In this document: in pieces, positions 1-14,436 of the stretch
Layout: every line of letters begins with the position of its first letter
Numbering within the stretch: position 1 is the stretch's first letter
NCBI GenBank assembly: GCA_964016885.1
Contig: CAXHJY010001768.1
Coordinates: forward strand, 124,001-188,000
Source: Eledone cirrhosa
Lineage: Eukaryota
DNA length: 64,000 nucleotides
Direction of reading: 5' to 3'
Position numbers and translations under genes: made by a program
Notes under the pieces: model-generated
Told to the model about the DNA's origin: nothing
The model's input: only the letters and a program-made list of their open reading frames with translations
The model's database searches: none

Positions 1-110
1 ACTGGCTCTGGTTCTATGACATAAAACCACCCATCTTAAAGGTTTCCAATTTAAATTAAAATCTTCCAGCATAATTTTATATAAGAACCTTACATTAAGT
101 TACTATCTTA

Positions 111-303
111 TAGGGCAGTGGATTAGCAGTATCAGTAGAGCGTCAGACAACATGCTTTGCGGCATAGAGTTACGGCCCTTTACGTGCTGAGTTCAAATCC
201 TGCCAAGGTTAATTTTGCCTTTCATCCTCACAGGGTCGATAAAATAAAGCACCAGTAATGTACTGGGGTAATTGCTGGCCTTATGCCAAAAGTAGAAACA
301 ATT
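111..303 (+). mobile_element. tRNA-derived SINE family B (Nin/Deu-type core)
   Basis: A-box-like GGATTAGCAGTATCAGTAGAGC, B-box GAGTTCAAATCC, core TTGCCTTTCATCCT..GGTCGATAAAATAAAGCACCAG, 3' end GGCCTTATGCCAAAAGTAGAAACAATTA. About 10 copies in the window. Confidence 0.8.
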
Positions 304-604
304 AAGTTACTATCTTAGTAATGGAATAATAATTTTAGTAAATCCCTCAAAATTCTCTTCTTCATTAAATTAATTAAAATCAAGTGTGCTTCATTAGAAA
401 TGTGGCCATGGAAGGGTTAAGGAAATATCTTGCAAAAAACAGTGTAAATAATTTCAAAGAATTTTTCAAGCTAAAATCAATTTCCCGACTGGAATCCACA
501 AATTTCCTTCCCCACCCTAAAGAGACCCCCACCCCACTCCCTGCCTCATCCACCCTGAAAGATAACTGCATTTCCTCTAGGTTAAGAATTTTAAATTTAA
601 GTAG

Positions 605-754
605 TGAATGATGATGGCAGTGGTAATAGTAGTGTTGGTAGTAATAATTGTGATAGTGGTGGTGTAGTGGTGGTGTTAAAATGGTAGCAGAGATGATGTA
701 GTGAGAAGGTGGTGTTGGTAGCGGGGAGGGGGGTAATACAAATATCGGTGATGC

Positions 755-796
<42 letters not shown>

Positions 797-1090
797 CAGC
801 AGTAGTAATGGTGATAATGGTTGTAGTAGTGATGATTGTTGTAGTAGTAGTGGTGGTGGTGGTGATAGTGATGACAATAGTGGTGGTGGTATTGATAGTT
901 GGAATAACAGCAGAAGAGAAGATGGTGGCTGTAGTGGTGGTAACAACAGTATTGGAGATGGTGATGATGGTATTGGAGATGATGATGATGGTGATGATAA
1001 TATTGATGATGATGGTAAAAAAACATGGCAGTAATAGTAATGATGTTGACAGTAAGTTATGGTGATGAGTTCAATGATGATAATGATATC
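605..1090. repeat. (GTA/GAT/GGT)n low-complexity tract
   Basis: Trinucleotide repeats; source of the poly-V/H/P pseudo-ORFs. Confidence 0.9.
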
Positions 1091-1759
1091 ACAATACAAA
1101 ACAACCTAATGGAAAGATATGAAAAGTCAGACATGTCACCATGTTGTTTTGTCTGGCTGCATTCTATATTATAGAACCTGGTGCAATAGAGTGAAACACA
1201 GAGTGGCTGATGGTTAGGGGTTGTGTGGGTCCCTATAAATTCCCTGTTATTGCGACATTTTCTTCATGTCATGTTGTCCTGTTTATGTCTAAATTAGAAA
1301 ACTGTTACAATCTGTTACTATCTTCTCCCTTACCCATTATGATATTACATAATCTCCAAGAAATGTTATGCTTTATTCTTTGTGTCATGTTGTCCCTCAT
1401 TTAAGTCATAAGACCCTTTATATTCTTCAAAATAAATATTTTCTGCTATTGTTTTATTACACCTTATAACAATATGATACCCTAAACCGTTTTAATGCCA
1501 CTGGCACTACTATTTGAGGGTGTTGAAACCACAAGAATCTCTGGTAGACAGTTGAAGAATGGGGGGGGGGGTCAGTTTTTATTTTGGATGTCTATTTTCA
1601 CTTTTCCTGTACATTCCCATGGCAAATCTGTCCTAATGGATTCCCTAAGTCGTAATGAAGGCAACCTGCCTAGGAGAGTAGACACTCTGAATAAAAACTG
1701 ATATAGAGTGGCAAGGACTCTCAATCCCAGTAAGACAACCTCTCTAGTGCAGGTGGCAT

Positions 1760-1935
1760 GGATAATGCACCCAGTCCATGCTGTAAAGTGGTTGATGATA
1801 GGAAGGGCATCCAGCCAGAAAAAATCCTGCCAAAATTATGGAAAGTACAATGAATATATATATAACCCATACCTATTAAACCCATGCTAGCATGGAAAAT
1901 GGATGTTAAACGATGATGATGATGATGATGATGAT
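1760..1935 (+). mobile_element. RTE-type 3' tail (LINE or SINE fragment)
   Basis: GTAAAGTGGTTG..AGGAAGGGCATCCAGCC..GCATGGAAAATGGATGTTAAAC(GAT)n, the same as the LINE 3' end at 29600-29770. Confidence 0.7.
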
Positions 1936-1974
1936 ATATATATATATATATATATATATAGATAGATGAGGAAA

Positions 1975-3060
1975 CTAGAGAGGCATCAAGTTGATGGACA
2001 AGGTCATGAAAGTTATAAAAAGAATTATTTCACAGTTGATTAGGGACCAAGTTAATCTAGATGAGATGCAATTTGGATTTGTGCTGGGCAAAAGCACCAC
2101 TAATATCCTCATCCTTGTGAGGTAACTGCAAAAGTACCTATCTAAAAGTAAGCTAGCTACAATGATTATAAGGAAGAATTCAGCATGCAAGTAATGGTCC
2201 ACCAGGGCTGTGTTGCTAGCCCTCCCCTGTTTATTATCACCCTGGAGGCTATAAAAGAAGAGTTTCAGGTTAGTTGTCTATGGGAACTCTTATATGCTGA
2301 TGATCTAACCCTCATGGCTGAATCTATGGCAGAATTAGAGAAGAAATTCCTAAACCAGGAAACATAACTTGGAATCAAAAGATCATAATATCAACATGGC
2401 AGAGACTAAAGTCCTAGTAAGTAGAAAGGAAAACAGGGCTTTGATCTCTTCATGGAAATGGCCTTGCTCAATGTGCAGGAAAGAAGTGAGTAGAAAGTTC
2501 ACCCTTTTCTCAAATGCAAACAAGAGATGTAGCAGGATCTCAGACAGGTGAACAAAGAATGTACGTTTTATATGTGGTTGATGCACAGGAGCAGTAAACA
2601 ACAAGAGATCACAGGAAACAAGTGCTATCAAATTTTTGGAGGGTTCCGTAAAAGTAATTGATAGCTTCTGCTACCTGAGTGACCAAATCAGCAGTGGAGG
2701 TGGGTGTTCTGAAAGTACAGTAACCAAAGTAAGAACGGGATAGAAAAAGTTCAGGGTCTACTACCACTGATAACTACAAAAGGTTTTTCCTCAAATTGAA
2801 GGATAGATTGTATGATGCATGTATACAAACTGCAATGCTGTATGAGAGTGAGACCTGGGCGCTATGTGCAGAAGACTTGCAAAGATTGGAAAGAAATGAA
2901 TCTTGCATGCTCTGATGGGTGTGTAATAATAGCGTGTATGAAAGGTGAAGCGGCAATGAACTAAGATAGAAACTGGGTATAAGGGGTCAAATGCAGAGTG
3001 CAGGAGAGAAGATTGTGTGAGTATGGACATGTGTTGTGTATGGAGGATGAAAGCTGGTTA
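1975..3060 (+). pseudogene. Decayed RTE LINE RT-region fragment
   Basis: Collinear with 27980-29210: RGIKL.DKVMK, VHQG, LWELLYADDLTL, KWPCSMCRK and LYDACI motifs, with many stops and frameshifts. Confidence 0.85.
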
Positions 3061-3114
3061 CCCACCGACACCACATGAAAATCTACATATATATATATAT
3101 TTGTATATATAATA

Positions 3115-3305
3115 TGTAGGTTCCCGAGTAGTGTCAGGGGGCACCCACAGTTAAAAGAGGTACTCAATGCATTGGTAGAGTATAGGCACCTTTATTATAT
3201 AGAGAAATGACTTCTACATGACTAGAACTGTATCATTCATAAGAAATCATCAGGATTTTATACGAATGAAACAGTTCTAGCCATGTAGAAGTTATTTCTA
3301 TATAT
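3115..3305. mobile_element. Short Penelope-like element with inverted terminal structure
   Basis: Flanked by TA tracts. Inverted repeat AGAAATGACTTCTACATGACTAGAACTG / CAGTTCTAGCCATGTAGAAGTTATTTCT; CTGATGA core on the minus strand. Related copies at 5120-5205 and 9230-9312. Confidence 0.5.
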
Positions 3306-3885
3306 AATATATATATTATATTATCATACAAAGAGGGAAAGGGAGAGAGAGAAGGAAATAAAGAGGGAAGAGAAAAAGTAAAGCGGAAGGGGAAAGATGC
3401 GAGGAAGAAGAGAGGAGGGCGGCTACATAGTAAGACTGTCTGTTTTTGTGTGAGAAAAAGAGAGAGGGTAGAGTGAAAGGGAGGTAAATGGCAGTTAGAG
3501 ACGTTAGGTGGAGGAAGGAGTGTGTCGGTTGAATAAATAAACATGTGTGAAGAAGAATGTCGGTCGATTCAGTGAAAAAAGTGAGAAAACGGGGAAAAAA
3601 ACAGGAAATTTCAGTGAATTGAATAAAATAAAGATGTCAGGCAAATTTATGGAAGAGTGTTGAGATTCACAGACGACACAATAACGGCTGTCCTCCGATT
3701 TCTATGGCAGACGACATGCTGTGTTTATCTACGATACTCACACTGATTAGTTTACCTTCTCGCATCAATCGAACTGTCTGTTAGCTTCTCTTTCTCCCAG
3801 TTTTTATATATATATCTAACCATCAATCTGTTTATTTGTCTCTCAGCCTATCTATCAATCAGCTTATGCAGACGACGCTCTCTCT

Positions 3886-3926
<41 letters not shown>

Positions 3927-4002
3927 CGAAGGAAATGTGGTAAGGAACCAGGTGGACCATAACGCACCAAAGTACTCAATACTTAGGGTAGTAGAGTGGG
4001 TA

Positions 4003-4128
4003 ATAGGAACGAGTAGGACCCCGACGGCTGAGCTGAAGCCGTTTCGACGGCTAATTCTGGACTCCTGAGTCCAGAATTAGCCGTCGAAACGGCTTGAGCT
4101 CAGCCGTCGGGGTCCTACTCGTTCCTAT
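4003..4128. repeat. 126-bp near-perfect palindrome
   Basis: 62-bp arms with one mismatch and a 2-nt centre (CT at 4065-4066). Confidence 0.95.
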
Positions 4129-4139
4129 ATATATATATA

Positions 4140-4861
<722 letters not shown>

Positions 4862-5247
4862 GGGGGGGAGAGAGACAGACAGTCTGCGGTGCTGACACAG
4901 AGGAGACCACTAATCATATGAGTACTCGATACATGGAGAGATGTAGAGTGGGTATAGAGATATGTAAAATCCAGACTGCTTGGCGCCGCGTTTTCACACA
5001 CACACACACACACACATATTATAAAGAAGAGGGACGGTTTTAAATGTACATTTTGTGTTTATTATATAATCCTGTTATACATATTTCGAAGAGGTCAAAG
5101 TATATATATATATATTGAAATGACACCTACATGACTAGAACTGTTTCATTCGTATGATTTCATTACCAATGAAACAGTTCTACTACTCACATAGAAGCCA
5201 TTTCTCTTTTTCTCTATATAAATATATATTCAATACATTATATATAT

Positions 5248-5420
5248 AATTGTTTCTACTTTTGGCACAAGGCCAGCAATTACCCAGTACATTACTGATA
5301 CTTTATTTTATCGACCTCGTAAGGATGAAAGGCAAAGTTAACCTCGGCGCGATTTGAACTCAGAATGGCAAGGGGCGTAACTCTATGCGTCAAAGCATGG
5401 CGTCCGACCCTCTACCGATA
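5248..5420 (-). mobile_element. SINE family B
   Basis: Reverse complement of the 111-303 consensus. Confidence 0.8.
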
Positions 5421-5485
5421 CTAATGTATGGTGGTGGTACTAAAATGAACATTCAATGCACAGGCAGAGTGTGTATGTGTGTGTG

Positions 5486-5531
<46 letters not shown>

Positions 5532-6015
5532 AGGGAGAAATACAAACACAGACACACGGCTGTGTACCTGTCCCTTTGTATATCCATCATTTCCTACATC
5601 CATCAACACAAACACACGTATGTCCGCATGCATATACATGTATATAAATACCTACTTACACATCTAAGCTATTTATTGATCTACTCATATACGCATCTAT
5701 TTAGGCCCCATCTCTCTATCCACCAATTAACTCACCTCCTCATCATGTCAACTTAATTTTGTAGTGTTATATCATAACATGTGACGTTACAATATATTGA
5801 TATTATAAACATACCTACATACTAGTTATATATTAGCTTACCTGTGCGTGTCTATGTATGTGTCTAAGTGTGTATGTGTGTGTACCTGTGTGTGTGTGTG
5901 TGTGTGTGTGTCTAAGTGTGTGTGTGTGTGTGAGTCTGCGTATGTGTCTAAGTGTGTGTGTGTGTCTAAGTGTGTGTGTGTCTGCGTATGTGTCTAAGTG
6001 TGTGTGTGTGTGTGA

Positions 6016-7245
6016 ATCCTAGCCCACCTCCCCTGCCACCTCTCTTCAGCATCATGCTCTCAACAATGTTGACCAATGTATAAAGTATCACACTGGTGGT
6101 AAGGTGTACAGCAACTGCTACATTGAAGTCATCATTAAAGTATAAGAAGCTGTTTACAGAGGTATTCCTTTTGCCAATGACTGCTCCCTGAATGTTGTTG
6201 GAGATAAGCCAGTTCCTGTGAAAACGCTGACTTCACAATTAGCATAAAGAAAACAGATCATACACTAACCTGACCCAAGAAACTTCAGGTCACTATGGAT
6301 AGATTAAAAACTACAGGTAGTTGACAGGTGACGCTAACTTAGCAACACATTCTCAAGAGCAGAAAATAGCAAAGTTGTCTTCTTGTAGTATGACATATGC
6401 AAGTTGACACTGGCAAGTCAGACCAGGGTATCATTTGCAGATTGTCTCCAGGCTGCCAGGGAAATTGGAGAGGGAAATGGCCACCATCATGTGGTCTAGT
6501 CTGTATGGAATTCATTCCAACTAATGCCAGTGCGCAATATATGCACATTGCTTGATATATGCCATTGCACAATATATGCACATTGCTCGATATATGCACA
6601 CATTGTACAATCAATGAAGTGAACAGCAAAATCTTCAAGACCAGCACCACCTTCAATAAACTGCAAGAGAGCACAGAGGAATCTGCCTCATCACCAGGCT
6701 GAAGGTCTACCATACAGTTTGTTCTCAGAACCCTCTTATATGCTTGAGAGTTCTGAACAGTATATAAAAGACATACAAGACATTTCAACCGTTTTCATAT
6801 GCGGTGTCACTGCTGAATCCTGCAGATCTCCAAACACAAGAGCCTTTATTTCATATTACTTTAGCAAGTCAGTATCCCAAGTAATGTCTATACAAGTGAG
6901 ATGGGCTGGATATGTCAGTTGCATCCCAGACTATTGTATCTTAATGTGGCCTCTCTATGGTGAAGTCAAGGAAAATGTGATGTTCAGGGACTGCCTTAAA
7001 AGTATCTATAAAATACCTCAACAGTGTAGTTGACTGCTCTAAACCAGCACAACTGGTTGCAGTCAGATTTTCAATGGTACTCAAACAGCCAAATGTAAAT
7101 GACCTGCTACTGCTAAGCAGTGTTCACTCCACAAATCTAGAGCTATAAATACCCAAAGTGCCATATTTTCTTGCTCTGCATGTGGGAGAGGGTTCTTGAC
7201 CAAGATAATCCTCATCAGCCACTTAAGGATCCACCAGATAAGATA
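6016..7245 (+). pseudogene. Ancient RTE (BovB-like) LINE remnant
   Basis: Degenerate motifs: LFSIMLSTML, LFAND (YADD-like), EVNSKIFKTSTTF, RLKVY, QVRWAGYV and C-terminal C2H2 CSACGRGFLTKIILISHLRIH. Confidence 0.7.
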
Positions 7246-7821
7246 GAACATATCTCAATCTTAAATTTTTGCCATCTTTGACAATAAAGGGCAAATAAGA
7301 TATGTGTATGTGTGTGTGTAATGTGTGTGTGTATGTCAGAAATTCAAACTTAGTCATTAGACTTCACTTATGAGAGTACTACCATTGGAAACGTGTAAAC
7401 ACCACAACATAAACATCAATCTTCATGTACCTTGGATGAAGTTACAGCTACACACAAACATCCTAGACCACATCCAAACAATGGCTCTTTGGCCAGGATT
7501 TGTTCACTAATACAATAATGATGATGATGATGATGATGGTGATAACAGTTATGTTGATAATGTTGGTGGTGCAATATAGATTGCATGGCTGTGTGTGTTT
7601 ATATAGATTAAAAAGATGCAGTTTTGGCTCTGCAATACACAAATATATAGTGAGGAGGGGGTAAGCTTAAGATTCTTAATGATTTCACTGCAAAATAAAT
7701 AATTATTAATAAAGTACTAAATAGAAATAATAATAAAACACAAGACAATAACAAAAGAAAAGTCACCTTACTCATTTCTTACTGAATCTATTAGAAGATT
7801 CTGGTCAGTGTTCAACTTAAT

Positions 7822-7995
7822 GATTTCTATTATAGGCACAAGAACAGCAATTTGGGGCGAGGGGAAAGTCGATTAAATCAACCCCAGTGCATCACTGGTA
7901 CTTTATTTTATCAACCCCTTAAGGATGAAAGGCAAAGCTAACCTCAGCAGGATTTGAACTCAGAATGTAAAGGACCATAACTATGCTACAAAGCA
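7822..7995 (-). mobile_element. SINE family B
   Basis: Core ACTTTATTTTATCAACCCC..GGATGAAAGGCAAAG..GGATTTGAACTCAG. Confidence 0.75.
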
Positions 7996-8009
7996 TGAAT
8001 AAAAACTGC

Positions 8010-8239
8010 ATTAATTCTTTACCATTTACATTACTCTATATTTACTATTGTATTTTCACAGTAAAGGCTTTATCTTACATAATTATCTCACATGATATTG
8101 AATCTACGAGATTTTGATGTTATTTATTTTGAGAACAATACCTTAATATAGGTATGAGTGGCCAGTTACAGCCAGTTTGAACTGAAAGTGGTGAGAGAGT
8201 TCTGGCCGGATATGGCCGGTTTAAATGCTAAAGGGTTAA
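8010..8239. mobile_element. piggyBac-like MITE family 1
   Basis: Homologous to 10844-11056; right end AAATGCTAAAGGG-TTAA. Confidence 0.7.
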
Positions 8240-9231
8240 CAGTAAGAAACAGCTGTATCAATGTGTACTTTAACATGCATCTATAGTTTGCAAATGGTGT
8301 TTCTGACATAAGATTCACATTTATTATCTACAGTACACTATGTAACTCAACAAACACTGACTACAGAGCAGGTAATCAGTGTGCATACATTTTTACCATA
8401 TGAAGATAAATTCTCTCAGACAAGAAGTTTCTTAGAGAAAGACCAGAACATGCCAGCTGTATTATTCAACCTCTCCCTCCCTCCATTCCTCCTTTTTTAT
8501 GCATTGTAACTTTGATTCTATAATCAAAGTGTGACAGCTGTAAACATGTAGTGGATCATACACCAGAAGCACCAGTTGTAAGACTGCACATCTGCACTAA
8601 TGAATACATGTTTTCTATTAGAAAACATGTACAGAGATCTCATAGCCAAGATATTATAAGGAAAAGGAAGTCGACAAGATCCCATTATTTACTGAGTGGT
8701 TTTGTATATATTATTACAATCAACAGGGAATGTTCTGCATGGTCACCCAGCTTGTAAGAAATAGCAGCCAGAAGGAACCAATCAACAAGATTCCAGATCT
8801 CATTAATTTACCGAGTGAGGTGGACCTCGTCAAATCGGATCGGACCAAGGAAACAATGTTTCCATTGGTCTTTCCATTGCTGATACTATCTAGCAGTCAC
8901 AACTCCTAGCAGACAGATACTATGGTCCCCATGAAAGTCACAGAACAGAATATAATAAATTTGAGGAATAAGGTAACTATTCTTCATAATCAAGTAAATC
9001 AACAACTAAAAACAGTTACATAACACTGCCTAATATAACACCACCAATCTCACTTATGCTCCTCAGATATTTCTACAGATCACATCTAAACCTTCACTTT
9101 TTTCTTTTGACAAAGGTTTTTTTAGAACTAAAGGTTGTTTTCAATTTGTTTTTGTTTTCACTCCTTCGTTTCCATCTTACAATGTTATTGGCCTTCTGAA
9201 AACACTGAAGCATCGTGAAATAAAGTGTCTT

Positions 9232-9312
9232 GAACTGTTTCATTGAAAAGAAATCACCAGGAAAGCCTGATGATTTCTTTTGAATGAAACAGTTCTAGTC
9301 CCATAAAAGCCA
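9232..9312. other. Inverted pair of minimal hammerhead-like cores (Penelope-like end)
   Basis: CTGATGA-TTTC-TTTT-GAAT-GAAAC-AGTT at 9267-9294, with an inverted degenerate copy at 9232-9261. Confidence 0.45.
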
Positions 9313-9488
9313 TTTATATGTATATATATATATATATATATGTTTAATTAGGAATATACTCACTTATTTCCTAATGTTTGTTGAGTGAGTTGGGATTTGG
9401 CCGGAGTATTGCTATTAGCTTTCTCCGATAATGTATTTATATATATATATATATAAAAGAAATCTTGCAAAACAAATTCAAAGACGAA

Positions 9489-9539
<51 letters not shown>

Positions 9540-10193
9540 TGTTGTCATTGTCATAATTAAGGAAGATTTTGTCATACAAGAAATAACAAACAAGAATATT
9601 GGGAGATAGTGTCAAACTTCTTTCTTCACCCTTTGTAAAAGTTTGGCATTTAAATATCGTAATTGCCTTTCTCAAAAGAAAAGGAAAACTCTAAAGCAAT
9701 AAACCAAAGTTTCCTTTGAGACTTTTAATGGACAGCTACGCATACTACTTTTTTCTGGCCCCTCTAAACCATATGAACAAGGTTTTTAATCAGGGTAAAG
9801 CAGACTCAACCCATTCACTGATTCACACAACACACACATATAAAACTAAGTACCTTGGCACACACATACATACATATATATAAACTTTTTTAAATTAACA
9901 AAGAGAGGACAAGACAACGAACAAAAATAAGGCAAAACGCAAAAAAAATTTTAAGAGAAAAACCTTAGAAAATTATTTTTCAAAAATATACATACAAACG
10001 AACGACACAGAACTCCTGGGTCATCGGCCACTGAGATGGACTTTGGCAGTTTCGACCCCTACCAACAGTACTGCTGGACTACCCGGAGTCACAGTGTCTG
10101 ACATAAGCCAAACAGTCCAATGGAGTCAGAGACGAGAGACAAAACATTAATTTATAGCAATTAAGTTACAAGTACACATACAATTTTATGTTA

Positions 10194-10259
<66 letters not shown>

Positions 10260-10572
10260 TTGGATATATGTTGGTAGATATGTTGAGTATTTTAATTATA
10301 TATAAATTCAATGAACACAGTCATAAAATACACTAACATATAGAATCTTTCAGGCACACATACAGACATACACACAGCTCAAGGGTCCTACGTGTTGCTA
10401 GAAAAAACCCCTATATAAGGAAGACAGACCTGAATTGCTGTAACAAGGGGGGAGGGCAGTCACTGACATCATTGAGAGGTGGGGCACAGATGCATACAAG
10501 CACACACATGCAACATATATACACCTATATATATTGACACATACACACACACAATATATATATATATATACA

Positions 10573-10670
10573 CAGAGGGTCCCAAAAAATGTATACACAC
10601 TTTGATTATCTGTACAGGCAATATTTATTAGAATGCTGTTGAAGTGTGTATACATTTCTGGAACACTCTG
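10573..10670. mobile_element. Tc1/mariner-like MITE (~100 bp)
   Basis: TIRs CAGAGGGTCCCAAAAAATGTATACAC / GTGTATACATTTCTGGAACACTCTG within TA context. Confidence 0.7.
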
Positions 10671-10843
10671 TATATATATATATAATTACACACACATATA
10701 TCTGTATACATTCAAGATTATACTATGTAAAAACATTCATTAACACATAAGCATACAAACACATACACATAACCAACTATATCATTGAACATCAGAAAAG
10801 TCCAAGAATTTTCTTCATTTTCTTATATCATAATTAACATCGT

Positions 10844-11056
10844 TTAACCCTTTAGCATTTACATTACTCTATATTTACTATCGGATTTTTGTGGTAAAGG
10901 CTTTATCTTACCTAATTATCTCACATTATATCGAATCTATTTATTTTAAGAACAATACCTTAACGTCAGTATGAGCGGCCAGTTACAGCCAGTTTGAACA
11001 GAAAGAGGTGAGAGAATTCTGGCTGGATATGGCCGGTTTAAATGCTAAAGGGTTAA
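10844..11056. mobile_element. piggyBac-like MITE family 1
   Basis: TTAA-CCCTTTAGCATTT ... AAATGCTAAAGGG-TTAA (TTAA target duplication, CCC terminus). Confidence 0.85.
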
Positions 11057-11094
11057 CATCCATTAGCATGTGGAAAACAGACGTTAAATGATGA

Positions 11095-11362
11095 CTATTA
11101 TATATATATATATATATACACACTATATATATATATATACACACACTATATATATATATATATATATACACACTATATCATCATCATCATCATCAACGTT
11201 TAACGTCCGTGTTCCACGCTTGCATGTATATATATATACACACACACTATATATATATACACACACTATATATATATTAATATATATACACACACTATAT
11301 ATATATATATATATATACACACACTATATATATATATACACACTATATATATATATACACAC

Positions 11363-11393
<31 letters not shown>

Positions 11394-11542
11394 TATATAT
11401 ATATATATATATACACACTATATATATATATATATATATACACACTATATATATATATATATACACACTATATATATATATATACACACTATATATATAT
11501 ATATACAATATATATATATATACATGATATATATTATATACA

Positions 11543-11596
<54 letters not shown>

Positions 11597-11825
11597 GATA
11601 TATATATATATATACATGATATATATATATATATACATGATATATATATATATACATGATATATATATATATATACATGATATATATATATATATATACA
11701 TGATATATATATATATATATACATGATATATATATATATATATATACATGATATATATATATATATATATATACACGATATATATATATATATATATATA
11801 CACAATATATATATATATATATACA

Positions 11826-11858
<33 letters not shown>

Positions 11859-12160
11859 ATATATATATATATATACACGATATATATATATATATACACG
11901 ATATATATATATATATACACGATATATATATATACATATATATACATGATATATATATATACATATATATATACATGATATATATATACATATATATATA
12001 CATGATATATATATACATATATATATACATGATATATATATACATATATATATACATGATATATATATACATATATATATACATGATATATATATATACA
12101 CATGATATATATATATACACGATATATATATATACACGATATATATATATACATATATAC
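11095..12160. repeat. Compound (TA)n microsatellite with CACAC/CATGA/CACGA interruptions
   Basis: About 1 kb of TA tract with periodic spacers. Confidence 0.95.
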
Positions 12161-12292
12161 AATCAATGTACACTTCAAAGAATACAAAGAACTCATGATG
12201 AATGTATTCCTTGTAGTGTAAATAGATTATGTATACCATAACTCTTCCACAAACTACAACTAGAATATATATATATATATGTATACACATAA

Positions 12293-12369
<77 letters not shown>

Positions 12370-12662
12370 CATGTATATCCAGGTGTGTAGTTAAACTACA
12401 AAAGGTAATTCAAACATCACCCCCCACACTTCACTTTTATGCTCCTTACATCAGCAAAGTATGGCAGGGGAGGGGGGGGGGGAAGAGATGATGAGAAGGA
12501 AGAGGAGGAAACGGGAGGGGGGGAGAAGAAGAGAGAATGGTAAATATAGAACTATAACAGAATGTTCCAGAACATTGAATGTGCAGGGGAGGGAATGAGG
12601 GGGCAAGGTATCATTTATATTTAGAGCTGTCCCTAATGCATGTACACATACATATACATATC

Positions 12663-12693
<31 letters not shown>

Positions 12694-13478
12694 GTCTGTC
12701 TCTCTGAGTGTGTGTTTGTGTCTTTGTGTATGTGTCTGTGCGTGTGTGTGTATGTCTGTGTACCTTTAGTTTTACAATTACGTGTTGTAGGGGATGACAA
12801 GAACTCAATACTTGAAGCAAGGAGAACATAATGTTTTACTAGCTAAGAATACCATGGGGATTAATGAAGAGGTAACATGCCTGCTTTTCATGCCAAAGAA
12901 GTTTGATAAGGGTTTTGACATGAAACTCTAGGGTCTTGAGTAACTCCTGGGTATTCTCAGTTACTAAAAGATTATTACACATGGCTGTGTGGTGAAAAGC
13001 CTCAGTTTGCAACCACAAGAGTGGCACCCCAGACAAATGTTTTCTACTATAACCTTGGGCCAACCAATGTCTTATGAGTGAAACTTGGTAGACTGAAACT
13101 GTGTGGAAGTCTGTATGTATGTATGTGTTTGTATGTATATGTGTATATGTGTGTATGCATATGTGTGTGTGTGTGTATGCATATGTGTGTGTGTGTATAT
13201 GTGTATATTTATATGTGTGTGTTTATGTCCTATAACTTAGCAGTTTGACAAAGAGACATTGATGAAAATGGGTTGGCAGCATATATATATTTATATATAT
13301 ATATATATATATACACAAGTGGAAGTTTAGTAAAATCGAAGCTTTGGCTGCGGCCAAGCAAACGTCTTTCAATTAGGAATGTGCAGCAAAGCACTCAATA
13401 AGGTTGCAGGCCTTAGAGTAATAACATACGTTTAGACAGCTTGACAAATTGAAAATTGCGGCAGGTAGACCTAGCCAC

Positions 13479-13534
<56 letters not shown>

Positions 13535-13535
13535 T

Positions 13536-13945
13536 ATGTATAGAAATTTCGTATTTCTAAAGAAATACGGTTTTAGGAAGCCGTAGCTATGCTTGAAGCG
13601 AAATCTTATTATTTCTTTTCTATTATAAGTTGAGCCAACTGGTGCAGCTCCATATGCAAATGAGATTAATCACCTCATTTACACAGACGAGAAAAGTATA
13701 TATTCTCGACTGTTTTCAAGTCCAGCAGTAGCAAGCGGTGGGAGGGACCAACCTGACGAAGGCCAGTCAAGCATGAAATGCATAGACGGTTGTCTCCCTT
13801 GCTTCTGCTGGACACCACCAGAGGGCGTTATCCCCACACCCCCCATAGCTACGGCTTCCTAAAACCGTATTTCTTTAGAAATATGAAATTTCTATACATA
13901 TTGTATAAAGCTATGCTTGAAGCGAAGTCTTATTTCTTTTATATA
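13536..13945 (+). mobile_element. Penelope-like non-autonomous element with hammerhead core
   Basis: Inverted repeat 13536-13591 / 13844-13898; direct repeat AGCTATGCTTGAAGCGAA at 13586 and 13909; CTGACGA..GAAATGCATA core at 13753-13784; TA flanks. Confidence 0.6.
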
Positions 13946-14436
13946 TATACATGAGTATACTGGAGCAACGTGAAATGAAGTGTTTTGCACTTTGTATGGC
14001 TTCTTCCTCAGATGGACTGCTGCCATTCCAATTTTACAGAGGAGGTCAGCTGTACAGGGTCTGGGGTCCCTGGAAGTCAGCTGTACAGGGTTTGAGGACC
14101 CCGAAGGTCATGACAATGACTGGTGCAAAGAGGAAACAACCAAACAAGCCCTAATATTTGCTTAAAACTGAATATTCAAATAAATTAATCAATTTCTACT
14201 ATATATGAAAAATAAATAACAATAACAATGATAATAATAATAAATATAATAATTAGGATAAAACTCAATAAAACTAATTAATACCATAATTAATATATAT
14301 TTCATTTAATAAAGCTATGATTCTGATAGAATATATTTCTGTCATCTTTCTATTCTTGAACTATCATGTTTAAAAATAACACATTCATATCCACATGTAG
14401 ACATACACATGTATAATGAATATAGAAATATATATA

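Noticed and set aside
380-1099. Pro/Leu/His/Val-rich ORFs here and at 11088-12302, 30581-30913, 41490-42693 and 48319-48985
   Set aside because: Simple-repeat translations on both strands.
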